In this document: positions 39,301 to 51,856 of the stretch, piece by piece
How the letters are laid out: the number at the start of each line of letters is the position of its first letter
Numbering within the stretch: position 1 is the stretch's first letter
NCBI RefSeq assembly: GCF_963921235.1
Contig: NC_086097.1
Span: 4,464,001 to 4,528,000, forward strand
DNA length: 64,000 nucleotides
Direction of reading: 5' to 3'
Source: Mobula hypostoma
Lineage: Eukaryota
Notes under the pieces: model-generated
Told to the model about the DNA's origin: nothing
Databases searched by the model: none
The model's input: the letters and a program-made list of their open reading frames with translations, nothing else
Program-made: the position numbers and the translations under genes

Positions 39301-40171
39301 TAAAAGTGTCCCAAAGAGTGTTAACCGAAATATCTTCTGTATGGTTAATTGTAAAAAAAAGCTCAATCTGTTCATTCATAAAATTAACAAAGTCCGAGTC
39401 CTGAAGTAACAGCGAATTAAAACGCCATTGTCTATTGTTTGGTATATTGGCCATAATTTTAATAGAAAGCTTAAGTGGAGCATGATCCGAAATGGTTATA
39501 GAATCATAATCACATTTAATCACTGAAGAAATGAGACGAGAATCAATGAAAAAATAATCAATTCTTGAATAGGAATGATGAACATGTGAAAAGAAGGAAA
39601 AATCTTTTTCCTGAGGATGCAGAAAACGCCAAATGTCCGTCGACCCAGAATCAGAAAGGAAAAAATTAATCAAATTTGCAGATTTATTAGGTAAAGTCCG
39701 TAAAGGAGCCGAACGGTCCAAAGCTGGAGATAAACAGGTATTAAGATCTCCGCCCCAAATCAATGAAAACTCGTTCAAATTCGGAAACTGATCAAACAAT
39801 GATTTATAAAATTCCGGACAATCCATATTAGGAGCATAAACATTAACCAAAACTACTTTTTTATTAAATAATAAACCACTAACCAATAAAAATCTACCAT
39901 TCGGATCAGAGATAATATCCTGTTGTATAAAAGTAACTGAGGAGTCTATAAAGATAGAGACGCCTCGAATCTTAGCATTGGAGTTCGAATGAAATTGTTG
40001 TCCCTTCCAAAATTTGAAAAAACGTAGTCTGTCCCCCCTCCGTACATGGGTCTCTTGTAAAAATAAAATTTGTGCTTTAAGTCTCCGGAACACTTTAAAA
40101 ACTTTTTTCCTTTTAATAGGATGATTAAGACCATTAGTATTCCAGGAGACAAAATTAATAATAGACTCCAT
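36395..40171 (-). CDS. L1 ORF2p (APE endonuclease, reverse transcriptase, CCHC), about 1258 aa
   Basis: ATG at 40171 (MESIINFVSWN); LQETH, GGDLN, SRIDY, ISDH, APGPDG, DAEKAFD, RQGCPLSP, YADD, YLG, CDRC...HMFWSC; no stops. Confidence 0.95.
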   Translation of the reverse strand: MESIINFVSWNTNGLNHPIKRKKVFKVFRRLKAQILFLQETHVRRGDRLRFFKFWKGQQFHSNSNAKIRGVSIFIDSSVTFIQQDIISDPNGRFLLVSGLLFNKKVVLVNVYAPNMDCPEFYKSLFDQFPNLNEFSLIWGGDLNTCLSPALDRSAPLRTLPNKSANLINFFLSDSGSTDIWRFLHPQEKDFSFFSHVHHSYSRIDYFFIDSRLISSVIKCDYDSITISDHAPLKLSIKIMANIPNNRQWRFNSLLLQDSDFVNFMNEQIELFFTINHTEDISVNTLWDTFKAYIRGQIISYSVALRKKQKQEEMVIVDKIKEIDKKYVMAPSEELYKQRTELQMEHSLLLSSSIVNQLKKTRSDFYVHSDKIGKLLANQLKSNYVKSQINQIYNQNDRLILDHVGINQTFCDFYSSLYQSESPRDSKYMNDFLDKLDFPLISQDMSSLLDTSITMDEIKNVIFSMNLGKAPGPDGFTVEFYKCFASLLIPWLYKVFEASLKLGKLPESFNRASISLILKKDKDPAQCASYRPISLLNVDSKVFSKLLANRLEKVLPSIISEDQTGFIKGRYSFYNIRTLLNIVYTPSQNVPECVISLDAEKAFDRVEWPYLFKVLEMFNFSLKFISWIKLLYYSPVASVRTNSLNSPFFPLFRGTRQGCPLSPLLFDIALEPLAIAIRESLNITGITRGLKSHKLSLYADDLLLYISNPERSIPAVLELLAQFGLFSGYKLNLSKSELFPINKHLPLYYKFPFKLINNYFSYLGIKITCKHKDLFKTNFLPLIDHITQLSSKWFPLYLTLIGRINAVKMFFLPKFLYVFQALPIFVPKSFFDKVDSKISSFIWQNKNPRLGKIHLQKAKRDGGLALPNFRFYYWAINIRHMKFWLLDRDILFIPKWVALELQSVQGYTLGSILGSSLPFDSKRLKQVSNPIVKYALRIWFQFRKFFDLNQFGLAIPILGNIFFPPSFTDRAFQTWKTKGILRFLDLFLDGSLMSFEQLSNKYNLSRIHFFRYLQVRNFLSTILTSFPMLPPIYILDSIINLNPCQKGASAMIYNIIMKLRKAPFDKIRVDWEQELGLTISVDDWGQILQLVNTSSICAKHSLIQFKVVHRAHMSKDKLARFYSHINPFCDRCSGQIASLTHMFWSCPTLETFWRDIFNIISKVLNIDISPHPITAIFGLPKISSNLSPSARRMIAFLTLMAKRCILQHWKELNAPTTFFWFSQTILCLNLEKIRSNLYDSSFKFEQIWGPFIRYFHLM

Positions 40172-40889
40172 AAATCCTAAAGTCAACCCATAACAAGGAG
40201 GATTGACAATAGGCGCGACCCACAGACCCGGAGAGGAAACAGAACATACAAAAGATACCGGGGAAAAGGACGTAACCAATACTTCAATAATGTATATAGC
40301 CCAAAGAGAAACAAACTAAAACGTGAAGCCCCTCCCACCGCCCCCCACCCCAGGACCCCAAGGCGAAATCTAAAGCAGACCCGCCAGAAAGAAGCAAGCG
40401 CTAAAACTACCCCCATGACTTCCGGTATACGCTCCCTAAAAAAAAGGTATAAATATGAAAAGGATCAGCTAATTGTAAAACAGTAAAAAATAAGTAAAAA
40501 AAAGTTAGCTCAATTAAAATACACACAGAACAGAACAAAAGCCGGAAAGTATATATTAAAAAAAACCACAATAAACCTCAAACTCATGAATAGACACAGC
40601 AACAAAAAAAATAGGATTATTAACATAAAATGATTATAAAAAGCAAAACAGAATAAAATTTAAAAAAAACTACAAAATTTAAGGCCGCACAGGAAATACG
40701 TAAGATGACAAAAGGGAAGTAACCACCCAGAATCCCCTGGGAAAAGAAAGAAATGACGCAGTTAAAAAGAAAGTTTAGCAGCCATATTAAGAAATCGAAA
40801 GTAAACTTTTCTGCCCAAATAGGGCACAGAAAAGTTAAAACCAACCAATTCACAGCCTCCGATCAACGGAGAAAATTAAAAAAAGGCAA

Positions 40890-41789
40890 TTAAGATGTTG
40901 AAGATGAAAGTTGATCCAGATAACTCTGGGCATCCGATGGAGAATCAAAAAAACGAAGAGCTCCATCTAACATGCGAATCCTTAGACGTGCAGGGTACAG
41001 CAGCGCTGGTCTTAAATCCATCTTATAGAATTCCGACATCACGGATCTGTAACGGACCCGTTGGTCCCAGATTGGTTTACTGAAATCTTCCACGAATCGG
41101 AACTTAAGATCCGAAAAATCAATGAAACCTTTAGATCGAGCGAATCGAAACAGTCTCTCCTTATCTTGAAAGTAATGAAAACGTAAGATAACATGCCTAG
41201 GTCTATCTGACCTAGACGAGTATGATGGGATTCTGTGAACACGATCCAGTAGCGGTGGTTGGTCAGGAAATACAGTAGGGAATGCATCTTTTAAAAGTTG
41301 GGAGAAATATTTCATAGGGTTGTTAGCTTCCACGGCTTCCCTGACGCCAATCATTCGTAAATTCTGCCGTCGCATTCTAGATTCCAAGTCAGAGTTTTTA
41401 AAAGTCAAAAAGTCAAGTTTCTTCTTCATTACATTAATTGTTTCTTCGACTTTCCCCATCTTAAGCTCACTTTGTTGCGCGGATTTTTGAAGACCAGATA
41501 TAGCCGACTGATGTTCCGCAATACATGTTTGCATCTTATCAATTAAATCGGCAATTTTCTGGAACTTAGTTGAGATTTCCATATGAATCAGGTCTTTAAC
41601 AAAGCCCATAATTTCTGTACGAATCATCTCCCTAACAGAGGTTGAAATTTCCCTCTGAATTAACTCCGATATAGCTTCCAAAGTCACCGGTGATTCAGTC
41701 GGAGGGAGATCCGTAGCTTTCGGTTTAACCGGAGGTTTACCATCCTTGCCGTCTTTCCCGTTCTTAGACATAGCAGATCTAAGTTCCAT
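40890..41789 (-). CDS. L1 ORF1p (coiled coil, RRM, C-terminal domain)
   Basis: 299-aa open frame with DLESRMRRQNLRMIGVRE, LDRVHRI, RPRHVILRF, FVEDFS, LLYPARL. Confidence 0.9.
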   Translation of the reverse strand: MELRSAMSKNGKDGKDGKPPVKPKATDLPPTESPVTLEAISELIQREISTSVREMIRTEIMGFVKDLIHMEISTKFQKIADLIDKMQTCIAEHQSAISGLQKSAQQSELKMGKVEETINVMKKKLDFLTFKNSDLESRMRRQNLRMIGVREAVEANNPMKYFSQLLKDAFPTVFPDQPPLLDRVHRIPSYSSRSDRPRHVILRFHYFQDKERLFRFARSKGFIDFSDLKFRFVEDFSKPIWDQRVRYRSVMSEFYKMDLRPALLYPARLRIRMLDGALRFFDSPSDAQSYLDQLSSSTS

Positions 41790-41957
41790 CCAATTGTCAG
41801 AGAATTCAGTTTAATTCAAAGTATTGTAAAAATTGATGCCTTAATAGTTAATTAAAGTATAGCTGACCATAGAGAGAAAAAACTCAGAGGTAATGGAGCG
41901 AGTCAAGAACGCGACTTCACTCCATGAGCGCTACCGGAAGTCTCCTAAGGTGAATCC

Positions 41958-44400
41958 AAAGGAATTCTGTACTTACATCAAGAGTAAAAGGATAATGAGG
42001 GAGAGGGTGGGATCACTCAACGATAAAGAGGTGAACATTTGCTGAGATGCTGAGAATGTGAGTGAGGTACTTCGTGAGTACTTTGCTTCAACATTTATCA
42101 AGGAAAAAGGATTTGGAGGACCAGGAGATCAGTGCTGCATGTATATTTACATTAGGGTGTTCAGAGTTCAAGGAGAAGGAAGTGTTGGGCCTTCTGATGA
42201 GAATTAAGGTGGATAAGCCTCCAGGACCTGATGGGATTGAAGGATGCAAGAGACGAGATTGCTGGGCCCTTAACTGGTATCTTCATGTCCTCTCTGGCCA
42301 CAGGCAAGGTCACACAGGACTGGCGAGTGGCTAATGTTGTACCTTTATTTAAGAAGGTGGCAAGGGAAAATCCTGGGAACCACAGACCAGTGAGTCTCAT
42401 GTCAGTTGCCAGGAAATTGCTGGAGAAAATTCTTAGGGATAGGATATATGAGCATTTGGCCTAATTAGGGAGAGTCAAATGGCTTTGTATGGGGCAGGTT
42501 GTGGCCTTACCAACTTGATTAAGATTTTTGACACGGTTACGAGAGAGATTGTTGAGGGAGGGCAGTGTCTACATGGATTTTAGTAAGGCATTTGACAAAG
42601 TCACTCATAAGGCTAATCCAGAAGATTAAAATGTATGGTGATTTGGCTGTTTAGATTCAGAACTAGCTTGCTCATAGAAGACGCAGGGTAATGGTTGAAG
42701 GGACTTATTCCATAAGACCATGAGACCATTAGACACAGGAGCAGAGATTCAAGCTGGAGGTCTGTAATTAGTGGCGTTCCACAGGGATCTGTGCTGGGAC
42801 CTCTGCTGTTGTGATGTATATAAATGACCTGGATGAGACTGTTGGTGGGTGGTTTAGTAAGTTTTCAGATGATACCAAGATTGGTGGAGTCATCATGGTG
42901 TAGAAGACTGGCAAAGCGTACAGCTGATATAGATCATTTGCAGATATAGGCAGAGAAATAGCAGATGGAGTTTAATCCAGATAAATGTGAGGTGTTGCAG
43001 GTTGGCAGGAGAAATGCAAGGAGACAGTACACTGTTGAGGGCAAGGTCCTTAACTGTGTTGCTGAGCAGAGAGATCTTGGGATCCAAGTTCATAGCTCCT
43101 TGAAAGTGGCTACACAGGTCAATAAGGTGATTACGAAGGAATATTTGCTTTTAATAGTCAAATAAATGAGTTCAAAAGGCAAGAGATTATTTACAAATTT
43201 ATAAAACCCTGATTAGGCTTTGTCTGGAGTATTGTGTACAGTTCTGGTCACCCCACCATAGGAAGGATGTTAAAGATTTGGAGAGGGTGCAGAAGAGGTT
43301 TACCTGTATGTTGCCTGGTTCAGAGGGCATATGCTATCATGAGAGACGGGATAAACTTGGGTTGTGTTCTCTGGAGAATTGGAGGTTGAGAGGAGACCTG
43401 ACTGAGATTTACAAGATTATGAAAGGCATAGATCCTAAAGGCATAGAGGGAGTAACTGTTTCCCAGGGTTGAAATGTCTAATGCCAGAGGGCATGCATCG
43501 AAGGTGAGAGGGGGTAGGTTCAAGGGGGCTGTGAGGTGTAAGTTTTATACCTAGAAGTCATGGGTGCCTGGAATGCACTGCCTGGTATGGTGGTAGAGGC
43601 AAATACATCAGAGGTTATTAAGAGATGTTTGGAAAGGCACATGGATGTAAGGAAGATGGAGGGATATGGACATGGTGTGGGTAGGAGGGATTAGTGTTTG
43701 GTTGTTTTTGATTTGCATTTTAGCTGGTTTGGCACAACACTGTGGGCCGATTGGCCTCTTCCTGTGTTGTCTATGCTCCATCATGACTTGTGTCACTGGT
43801 AATAAATCTGACTCTGAAGAAGGCATTTGGCTTGTTTGTCTTCATTAGTCCTTGAGTTCAAAAGTTAGGAGGTTATGTTGCAACTTTATAAAACTCTGGT
43901 TAGGCCACATCTGGAGTATTGCATACAGTGCTGGTCACCTCATTATAGGAAGGATGTTGAGGCTTTGGAGAGAGTACAGCAGAAGTTTACCAGGATGCTG
44001 CCAGGATTAGAGAGCATGTGCTATAATGAGACGTTGGATGTACTTGGTTTTCTTTTCTGTGGAGCAGTGAAGGCTGAGATGAGATGTGATAGCGACGAAT
44101 GGCCTGTTCCTGCGCTGTACTGTTGAATGTCCTATTTTCTATGTTGCCCCTTTGGAGTAGAGATAAGGAGGAACTTTGTGAGTAAGAGTGTGGTGAATCA
44201 CTGCCAGGGATGACTGTGGGGGTCAAGTCATTGAGTATATTTAAAGTGGAGGTTGATAGGTTCTTGATTAGTCAGGGCATCAAAGGCTACAGGGTGAAAA
44301 CAGGAGAATGGGGTTGAGAAGGATAATAAATCAGCCATAATGGATTAGTGGGGCAGATATGATGGGCTGAATGGCCTAATTGTGCTCCTGTGTCTGATGG
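41958..44400 (+). mobile_element. Old degenerate CR1 (unit B copy; its 5' part is 35160-36037, split off by the L1)
   Basis: Paralogous to 7596-9590; RT remnants MEFNPDKCEV, RPHLEYC. Confidence 0.8.
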
Positions 44401-44483
44401 TCTTTCCATCATGTTAATTTTTTTAGTTCACTTGTATAGCTAGAAAATAATAATAACATTAAATTTGATTTTATTGAACTTAC

Positions 44484-44754
44484 CGGTTTTCCATTGACGA
44501 CAAGAGATGATCAAATCTTTGAACGGTCAGTTTCCGCTCCAACTCTGCCAATTTTCCAGATTTCGGTAGCAAAATCAATAGGGAGGCATTTCCTGCATAT
44601 TCCATCAGAAGCACTTCACTGGAGAGGTCCTCGGCATATGTCCAGTAATACATTCCTGTCCTTCTCATCATGCGAACTCTCTCTGTTGTTCTGTCGTCGA
44701 CATGAAAATCAGCTTCATAAGTGTGCTTAGTGTCAAAAGGCTGCAACCATTCAC
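44484..44754 (-). CDS. SERPINA1-like: Serpin copy 2, second coding exon (271 nt)
   Basis: GEWLQPFD...LILLP...SMEN; acceptor tttctccag, donor CG|gtaagt. Confidence 0.92.
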
Positions 44755-45805
44755 CTGGAGAAATCAAAGAGATAAGCGTACTCAGGTAATTTGAAGACCC
44801 TGACCTGGAGTTACACTCTGACTTCGGTTCTTTGCAGGAATGGGACCTGCTCATGCGGCCTCATAACTGTCCGCTTTTCGATATGCCAAGGGCATGGCCT
44901 GGAAGACTAACGTGCCTCCAGGGTGCCGGATTTTTGTGGCTCTGGAGACGGGCTGATTCAAGGCCGGTGCTGCCACCGATGACGACTGATGTGTCACGGG
45001 AGAACAAGGAAGATCGGAAGCAGCAGGCTGGCTGCTGGCTGTGTTCCCAGAGGCACAGAGCTTGGAAAAAGCGATGCAACAGACTTTTAACACCGTAGAT
45101 CAACGAGTTGTTCTGCTACGTCTCCCCTCTCGCTGTGAAACGGGGACACCTCTTTTTCCCTCATTAGAGAAAGAGAGCCTGTGGTATGTCGAATACCGGG
45201 TGAGCGAGTAGTCTTTGGGCAATTCTGAGTCTTTACTGATGCTTTGCTGCATGCTTGAGTGGGGCGCCACCGATTAAGGGGAATGTGAAGGGAAACTCCT
45301 TCACTCAGAGGGTGGTGAGGGTGTGGAAGTAGCTGCCAGTGCAAGTGCTACATACAAGGTACTTGGATGGGAGGGGTACAGAGGGCTCTGGTCACGTGCA
45401 GCTCGATGGAAGGAGGTGGTTTACATGGTTAGGCTCAGATCAGATGAGTCAGATGAGACAAATGGCTTATCTCTGCTGTGCTTTTCTATGGCTTCTTATA
45501 CCTTGCCTACTGTCTCAAGGCTGGGTGTGTCTGCCCCTGTACCAAGCCCACCCCCACCCATGACACTCCTTCTGTGCCATCGGTCCCACACTCCTTCTGT
45601 CGCCCTCCACCCTCCCCATTCCCAACATCCTTTCCTCCCGCCAGATTTACAAACTCGTTCTCCACTGCACGTTAACAAATACAGAACTGTGCAAAGGTCT
45701 TAGGTACACGAGCTATATGTATGTGCCCCAATCTCCTGCCTTCCCTCCTGTAACCCTTCATGTCATAACCAATCAAGAATCTATCAATCTTTGCCTTAAA
45801 TATAC

Positions 45806-48800
45806 ATAGAACATAGAACAGTATAGCACATTACAGGCCCTTCGGCCCACAATGTTGTGCCGACCCTCAAACCCTGCCTCCCATATAACCCCCCACCTTA
45901 GATTCCTCCATATACCTGTCTAGTAGTCTCTTAAACTTCACGAGTGTATCTGCCTCCACCACTGACTCAGGCAGTGCATTCCATGCACCAACCACTCTCT
46001 GAGTAAAAAACCTTCCTCTGATATCCCCCTTGAACTTCCCACCCCCTACCTTAAAGCCATGTCCTCTTGTATTGATCAGTGGTGTCCTGGGGAAGAGGTG
46101 ATGGCTATCCACTCTATGTATTCTTCTTATTATCTTGTACACCTCTATCATGTCTCCTCTCATTCTCCTTCTCTCCAAAGAGTAAAGCCCTAGCTCCCTT
46201 AATCTCTGATCATAATGCATACCCTCTAAACCAGGCAGCATCCTGGTAAATCTCCTCTGTACCCTTTCCAATGTTTCCACATCCCTCCTATAGTGAGGTG
46301 ACCAGAACTGGACACAGTACTCCAAGTGTGGCCTAACCAGAGTTTTATAGAGCTGCATCATTACATCGCGACTCTTAAACTCTATCCCTCGACTTATGAA
46401 AGCTAACACCCCATAAGCTTTCTTAACTACCATATCTACCTGTGAGGCAACTTTCAGGGATCTGTGGACATGTACCCCGTGATCCCTCTGCTCCTCCACA
46501 CTACCAAGTATCCTGCCATTTACTTTGTACTCTGCCTTGGAGTTTGTCCTTCCAAAGTGTAGCACCTCACACTTCTCTGGGTTGAACTCCATCTGCCACT
46601 TCTCAGCCCACTTCTGTATCCTATCAATGTCTCTCTGCAATCTTTGACAATCCTCTACACTATCTACAACACCACCAATCTTTGTGTCGTCTGCAAACTT
46701 GCAACCCACCCTTCTACCCCGACATCCAGGTCGTTAATAAAAATCACGAAAAGTAGAGGTCCCAGAACAGATCCTTGTGGGACACCACTAGTCACAATCC
46801 TCCAATCTGAATGTACTCCCTCCACCACCACCCTCTGCCTTCTGCAGGCAAGCCAATTCTGAATCCACCCAGCCAAGCTTCCCTGGATCCCATGCCTTCT
46901 GACTTTCAGAATAAGCCTACAATAGAACCATAGAACCATAGAAACTACATCACAGAAACAGGCCCTTTGGCCCTTCTTGGCTGTGCCGAACCATTTTCTG
47001 CCTAGTCCCACTGACCTGCACACGGACCTAGTCCCACTGACCTGCACACGGACCATATCCCTCCATACACCTCCCATCCATGTGTCTGTCCAATTTATTC
47101 TTAAATGTTAAAAAAGAACCCGCATTTACCACCTCATCTGGCAGCTCATTCCATACTCCCACCACTCTCTGTGTGAAGAAGCCCCCCACTAATGTTCCCT
47201 TTAAACTTTCCCCCCCTCACCCTTAACCCATGTCCTCTGGTTTTTTTCTCCCCTTGCCTCAGTGGAAAAAGCCTGCTTGCATTCACTCTATCTATACCCA
47301 TCATAATTTTATATACCTCTATCAAATCTCCCCTCATTCTTCTACGCTCCAGGGAATAAAGTCCGAACCTATTCAACCTTTCTCTGTAACTGAGTTTCTC
47401 AAGTCCCGGCAACATCCTTGTAAACCTTCTCTGCACTCTTTCAACCTTATTTATATCTTTCCTGTAATTTGGTGACCAAAACTGAACACAATACTCCAGA
47501 TTCGGCCTCACCAATGCCTTATACAACCTCATCATAACATTCCAGCTCTTATACTCAATACTTTGATTATTAAAGGCCAATGTACCAAAAGCTCTCTTTA
47601 CGACCCTATCTACCTGTGATGCCACTTTTAGGGAATTTTGTATCTGTATTACCATTAACCCTGTATGTTCTACGTTGGTTTGTCCTTCCAACGTGCAATA
47701 CCTCACACTTGTCAGTATTAAACTCCATCTGCCATTTTTCAGCCCATTTTTCCAGCTGGTCCAAGTCCCTCTGCAGGCTCTGAAAACCTTCCTCACTGTC
47801 TACTACACCTCCAATCTTTGTATCATCAGCAAACTTGCTGATCCAATTTACCACATTATCATCCAGATCATTGATATAGATGACAAATAACAATGGACCC
47901 AGCACTGATCCCTGTGGCACACCACTAGTCACAGGCCTCCACTCGGAGAAGCAATTCTCTACTACCACTCTTTGGCTTCTTCCATTGAGCCAATGTCTAA
48001 TCCTATTTACCACCTCTCCATGTATACCTAGCGACTGAATTTTCCTAACTAACCTCCCATGCGGGACCTTGTCAAAGGGCTTACTGAAGTCCATGTAGAC
48101 AATATCCACTGCCTTCCCTTCATCCACTTTCCTGGCAACCTCCTTGAAAAACTCCAATAGATTGGTCAAACATGACCTACCACGCACAAAGCCATGTTGA
48201 CTCTTCCTAATAAGTCCCTGTCTATCCAAATGCTTGTAGGTTCTGTCTCTTAGTACTCCCTCCAATAATTTACCTACTACCGACGTTAAACTTACTGGCC
48301 TATAATTTCCCGGATTACTTTTCGATCCTTTTTTAAACAACAGAACAACATGAGCCACTCTCCAATTCTCCGGCACCTCACCTATAGACAGCGACATTTT
48401 AAATATTTCTGCCAGGGCCCCTGCAATTTCAACACTAGTCTCCTTCAAGGTTCGAGGGAACACCCTGTCAGGTCCCGGGGATTTATCCACTTTAATTTTC
48501 CTCAAGACAGCAAGGACCTCCTCCTTTTCGATCTGTACAGTTTCCATGATCTCACTACTTGTTTCCCTTAATTCCACAGACTTCATGCCAATTTCCTTAG
48601 TAAATACAGACGCAAAAAACCTATTTAAGATCTCCCCCACTTCCTTTGGTTCCGCACATACCCCGACCACTCTGATCTTCAAGAGGGCCAATTTTATCCC
48701 TTACAATCCTTTTGCTCTTAATATACCTGTAAAAGCTCTTTGGATTATCCTTCACTTTGACTGCCAAGGCAACCTCATGTCTTCTTTTAGCCCTCCTGAT

Positions 48801-49943
48801 GTCTTTCTTAAGTATTTTCTTGCTCTTCTTGTACTCCTCAAGCACCTTATTTACTCCCTGCTTCCTATACATGTCATACAACTCCCTCTTCTTCTTTATC
48901 AGAGTTGCAATATCCCTTGAGAACCAAGGTTCCTTATTCCTATTCACCTTGCCTTTAATCCTGACAGGAACATACAAATTCTGCACTCTCAAAATTTCTG
49001 CCTTGAAGGCTTCCCACCTACCGATCACATCCATGCCAGAGAACAACCTGTCCCAATCCACGCTTTTTAGATCTTTCCTCATTTCTTCAGATTTGCCCTT
49101 CCCCAATTAAAAATTTTCCCCAGTTAAAAATTATATCCTTTTCCATGATAATGCTAAAGGCCAGGGAGCGGTGGTCACTGTCTCCCAGATGCTCACCCAC
49201 TGAGAGATCTGTGACCTGACCCGGTTCATTACCTAGTACCAGATCTAGTATGGCATTCCCCCTAGTCGGCCTGTGCACATACTGTGATAGGAATCCGTCC
49301 TGGACACACTTAACATACTCTGCCCCATCTAAACCCTTGGAACTGACCAGGTGCCAATCAATATTAGGGAAGTTAAAGTCACCCATGATAACAACTGTTA
49401 TTTTTGCACCTTTCCAAAATCTGCCTCCCAATCTGCTCCTCTGTATCTCTACTGCCACCTGGGGGCCTACAGAATCCCCCCAATAGAGTAACTGCTCCCC
49501 TCCTGTTCCTGACTTCCACCCATACTGACTCAAAAGAGGATCCTGCTACATTACCCACCCTTTCTGTAGCTGTAATAGTATCCCTGACCAGTAATGCCAC
49601 CCCTCCTCCCCTCCCCCCCTCTCTATCCCTTTTAAAGCACTGAAATCCAGGAATATTGAGAATCCATTCCTGCCCTGGTGCCAGCCAAGTCTCTGTAATG
49701 GCCACTACATCATAATTCCATATATGTATCCAAGCTCTCTGTTCATCACCTTTGTTCCTGAAGCTTCTTGCATCGAGGTACACACACTTCAGCCCTTCTG
49801 CCTTACTATCTTTACACCGTTTATTCTGCTTCTCTTTCCTCAAAGCCTCTCTATATGTTAGATCTGGCTTTACTCCATGCACTTCTTTCACTGCTCTATC
49901 GCTCTGGGTATCATCCCCCTTGCAAATTAGCTTAATTTAGTTT
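45806..49943 (-). mobile_element. Composite CR1 insertion (family 1 with a family 2 element inside), specific to unit B
   Basis: 45806-46920 and 49091-49930 match the 2241-6562 family; 46921-49090 is a different CR1 with its own (GTTCTATG)n tail; empty site near 12165 in unit A. Confidence 0.88.
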
Positions 49944-51856
49944 AATACCCTATGACATAGTTTGAAATACACCCCAAAGATAATTCGATGTAAGAGAGTT
50001 TAGAGCACTTCAAAGTAAAACTCTATCGGAGGAGAGATGGACAGAGATGTTCATGTTTGACTTTATTTATTTGGCGATACAGGGCAGAGTGGGCCCATCT
50101 GGCCCTTCGAGCCACACCGTCCCAGCAACCCCCACCAACCACAAACCCAATTAACCCTAACCTAATCACCAGCCAATTTACAATCACCTATTAACCTATC
50201 CGGGACGACTTTGGAAACTGGAGCATCCAGAGGAAACCCACGCGTTCCATAGGAATGATGTACAGAGGCTCCTTACAGAACAGAATTCCAAACTCTGGAA
50301 TGTCACATTAACTGCTACCCTACTGTGGTGCCCCTATGTGTGAGAGATGCACAGGATCAAGAAGAGGTGTACAAGATGGAGAACAGAGAGGGATCTGCAA
50401 CTCCAGTGCATAACTTTAAAAATAACTTAAAAAAACAATGTGGAACTTCCTGGTGGTCAAACTTTTCAATTTCTCCTTTCCTCTTCCAACATGTTGGTCC
50501 ATGGCTTCCTCTTGTGCCATGATAAGGACATCCTCAGTGTGGAGGACTAACATCTTGTATTCCATCTGGGTGGCCTCCAACTTGATGGTAGGAATATCGA
50601 TTTCTCCTTCCGGTAAAAAATTACCTCCTCCTCCCCTTTACTATTCCCCTCCCTGTCCTCTTACCTCTTCTCACCTGACTGTCACCCCCCCCCCAATGCG
50701 TCACCTCTTCATTCCTTTTCTCTCATGGTCCACCGTCCTCTCCTATCAGATTCCTTCTTCTCCAGCCCTTTACCTTTCCTATTCACCTGGCTTCACCTAT
50801 CACCTTAGCTATCGTCCTTCCCCATTTTTTATACAAGCATCTTCTTTCCTTTCCAGTCATGAAGAAGCTCTCAGCCCTAAGTGTTGACTGTTTATTCATT
50901 TCCATAGATGCTGCCTGACCTGCTGAGTTCCTCCAGTATTTAGTATGTGTTGCTCTGGTTTTCCAGCATCTGCAGTATCTCATAATTATTAAAAATAAAA
51001 TATAACCAAACAAATATTGCATTCTTTGGATCAATATTTCAAATACCTAAAATAAAATAAATATATTGTCTTGAAAATTGATTACTGTTCAATTCACTTT
51101 AAGTTCCCTGAGAAATTTTTTTTTATAAATAGAATACAGTTCTAAGTTTTCTGGTTAACTAACAACAATCTTGCATAGAGCCACACAAATTAACAATGCA
51201 TTCAGAAATGTTTGAATTACAGGTAATTCTGACATCATCAATTTGGGGACATCAGTGTAAAAAATGGGAATTCATGCACTGATGTATAAACTTTTAAATG
51301 GTTAGATTTTCAAATTCTTGCATTGCATAACATGGGTGGTGGGGTGGAGAGACATCTCTACCAAAGGAAGTGTAAGGCCCTCCTTCCTTTCACGAGCTTG
51401 CAGCTCACCCTAGGCAAGGTGCAGCACCTACTTAGACTCCCCCCGCACCCCCCATCCCATCAGGATGAAGCCACGGGAGCAGGTAGTGGGTGGTCGTATG
51501 AGCAGCTGGTGCATATCACAAGTCCTGGATATGCAACCACTGCACTAGGCAGATAATCTCTGAAGAGTATTGATAATGACTGGGCTCACCCATCTTGTAA
51601 AGACACTGCCCAGAAGAAAGCAATAGCAAATCACTTCTGTCAAAAAATTTGCCAAGAACAATCATTATCATGGAAAGACAATGATCACTCATGTCATACA
51701 ACAGGGTGCATAACGAACAAACAATTGCAAAACACCCCTACCCTCACAGAGCATATAAAGATGTTTAGAAATTGTCCTACTCAATATACAGAAGTTGAAG
51801 CATCAACTGATTCAGTCATTAAATGATGTGTGTTTAACATCCAAATGACATCTTAC

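Larger units (their letters stand above)
36038..41945 (-). mobile_element. Full-length L1-clade LINE with both ORFs intact
   Basis: TSD TAAGGTGAATCC at 36026-36037 and 41946-41957; single copy of that site in unit A near 7584-7595; 5' end GGAGACTTCCGG; AATAAA and A-rich tail at 36038-36063. Confidence 0.95.

Noticed and set aside
40172..40279. 36-aa N-terminal extension of L1 ORF2
   Set aside because: Starts at a non-ATG codon; the APE domain begins right after the ATG at 40171.
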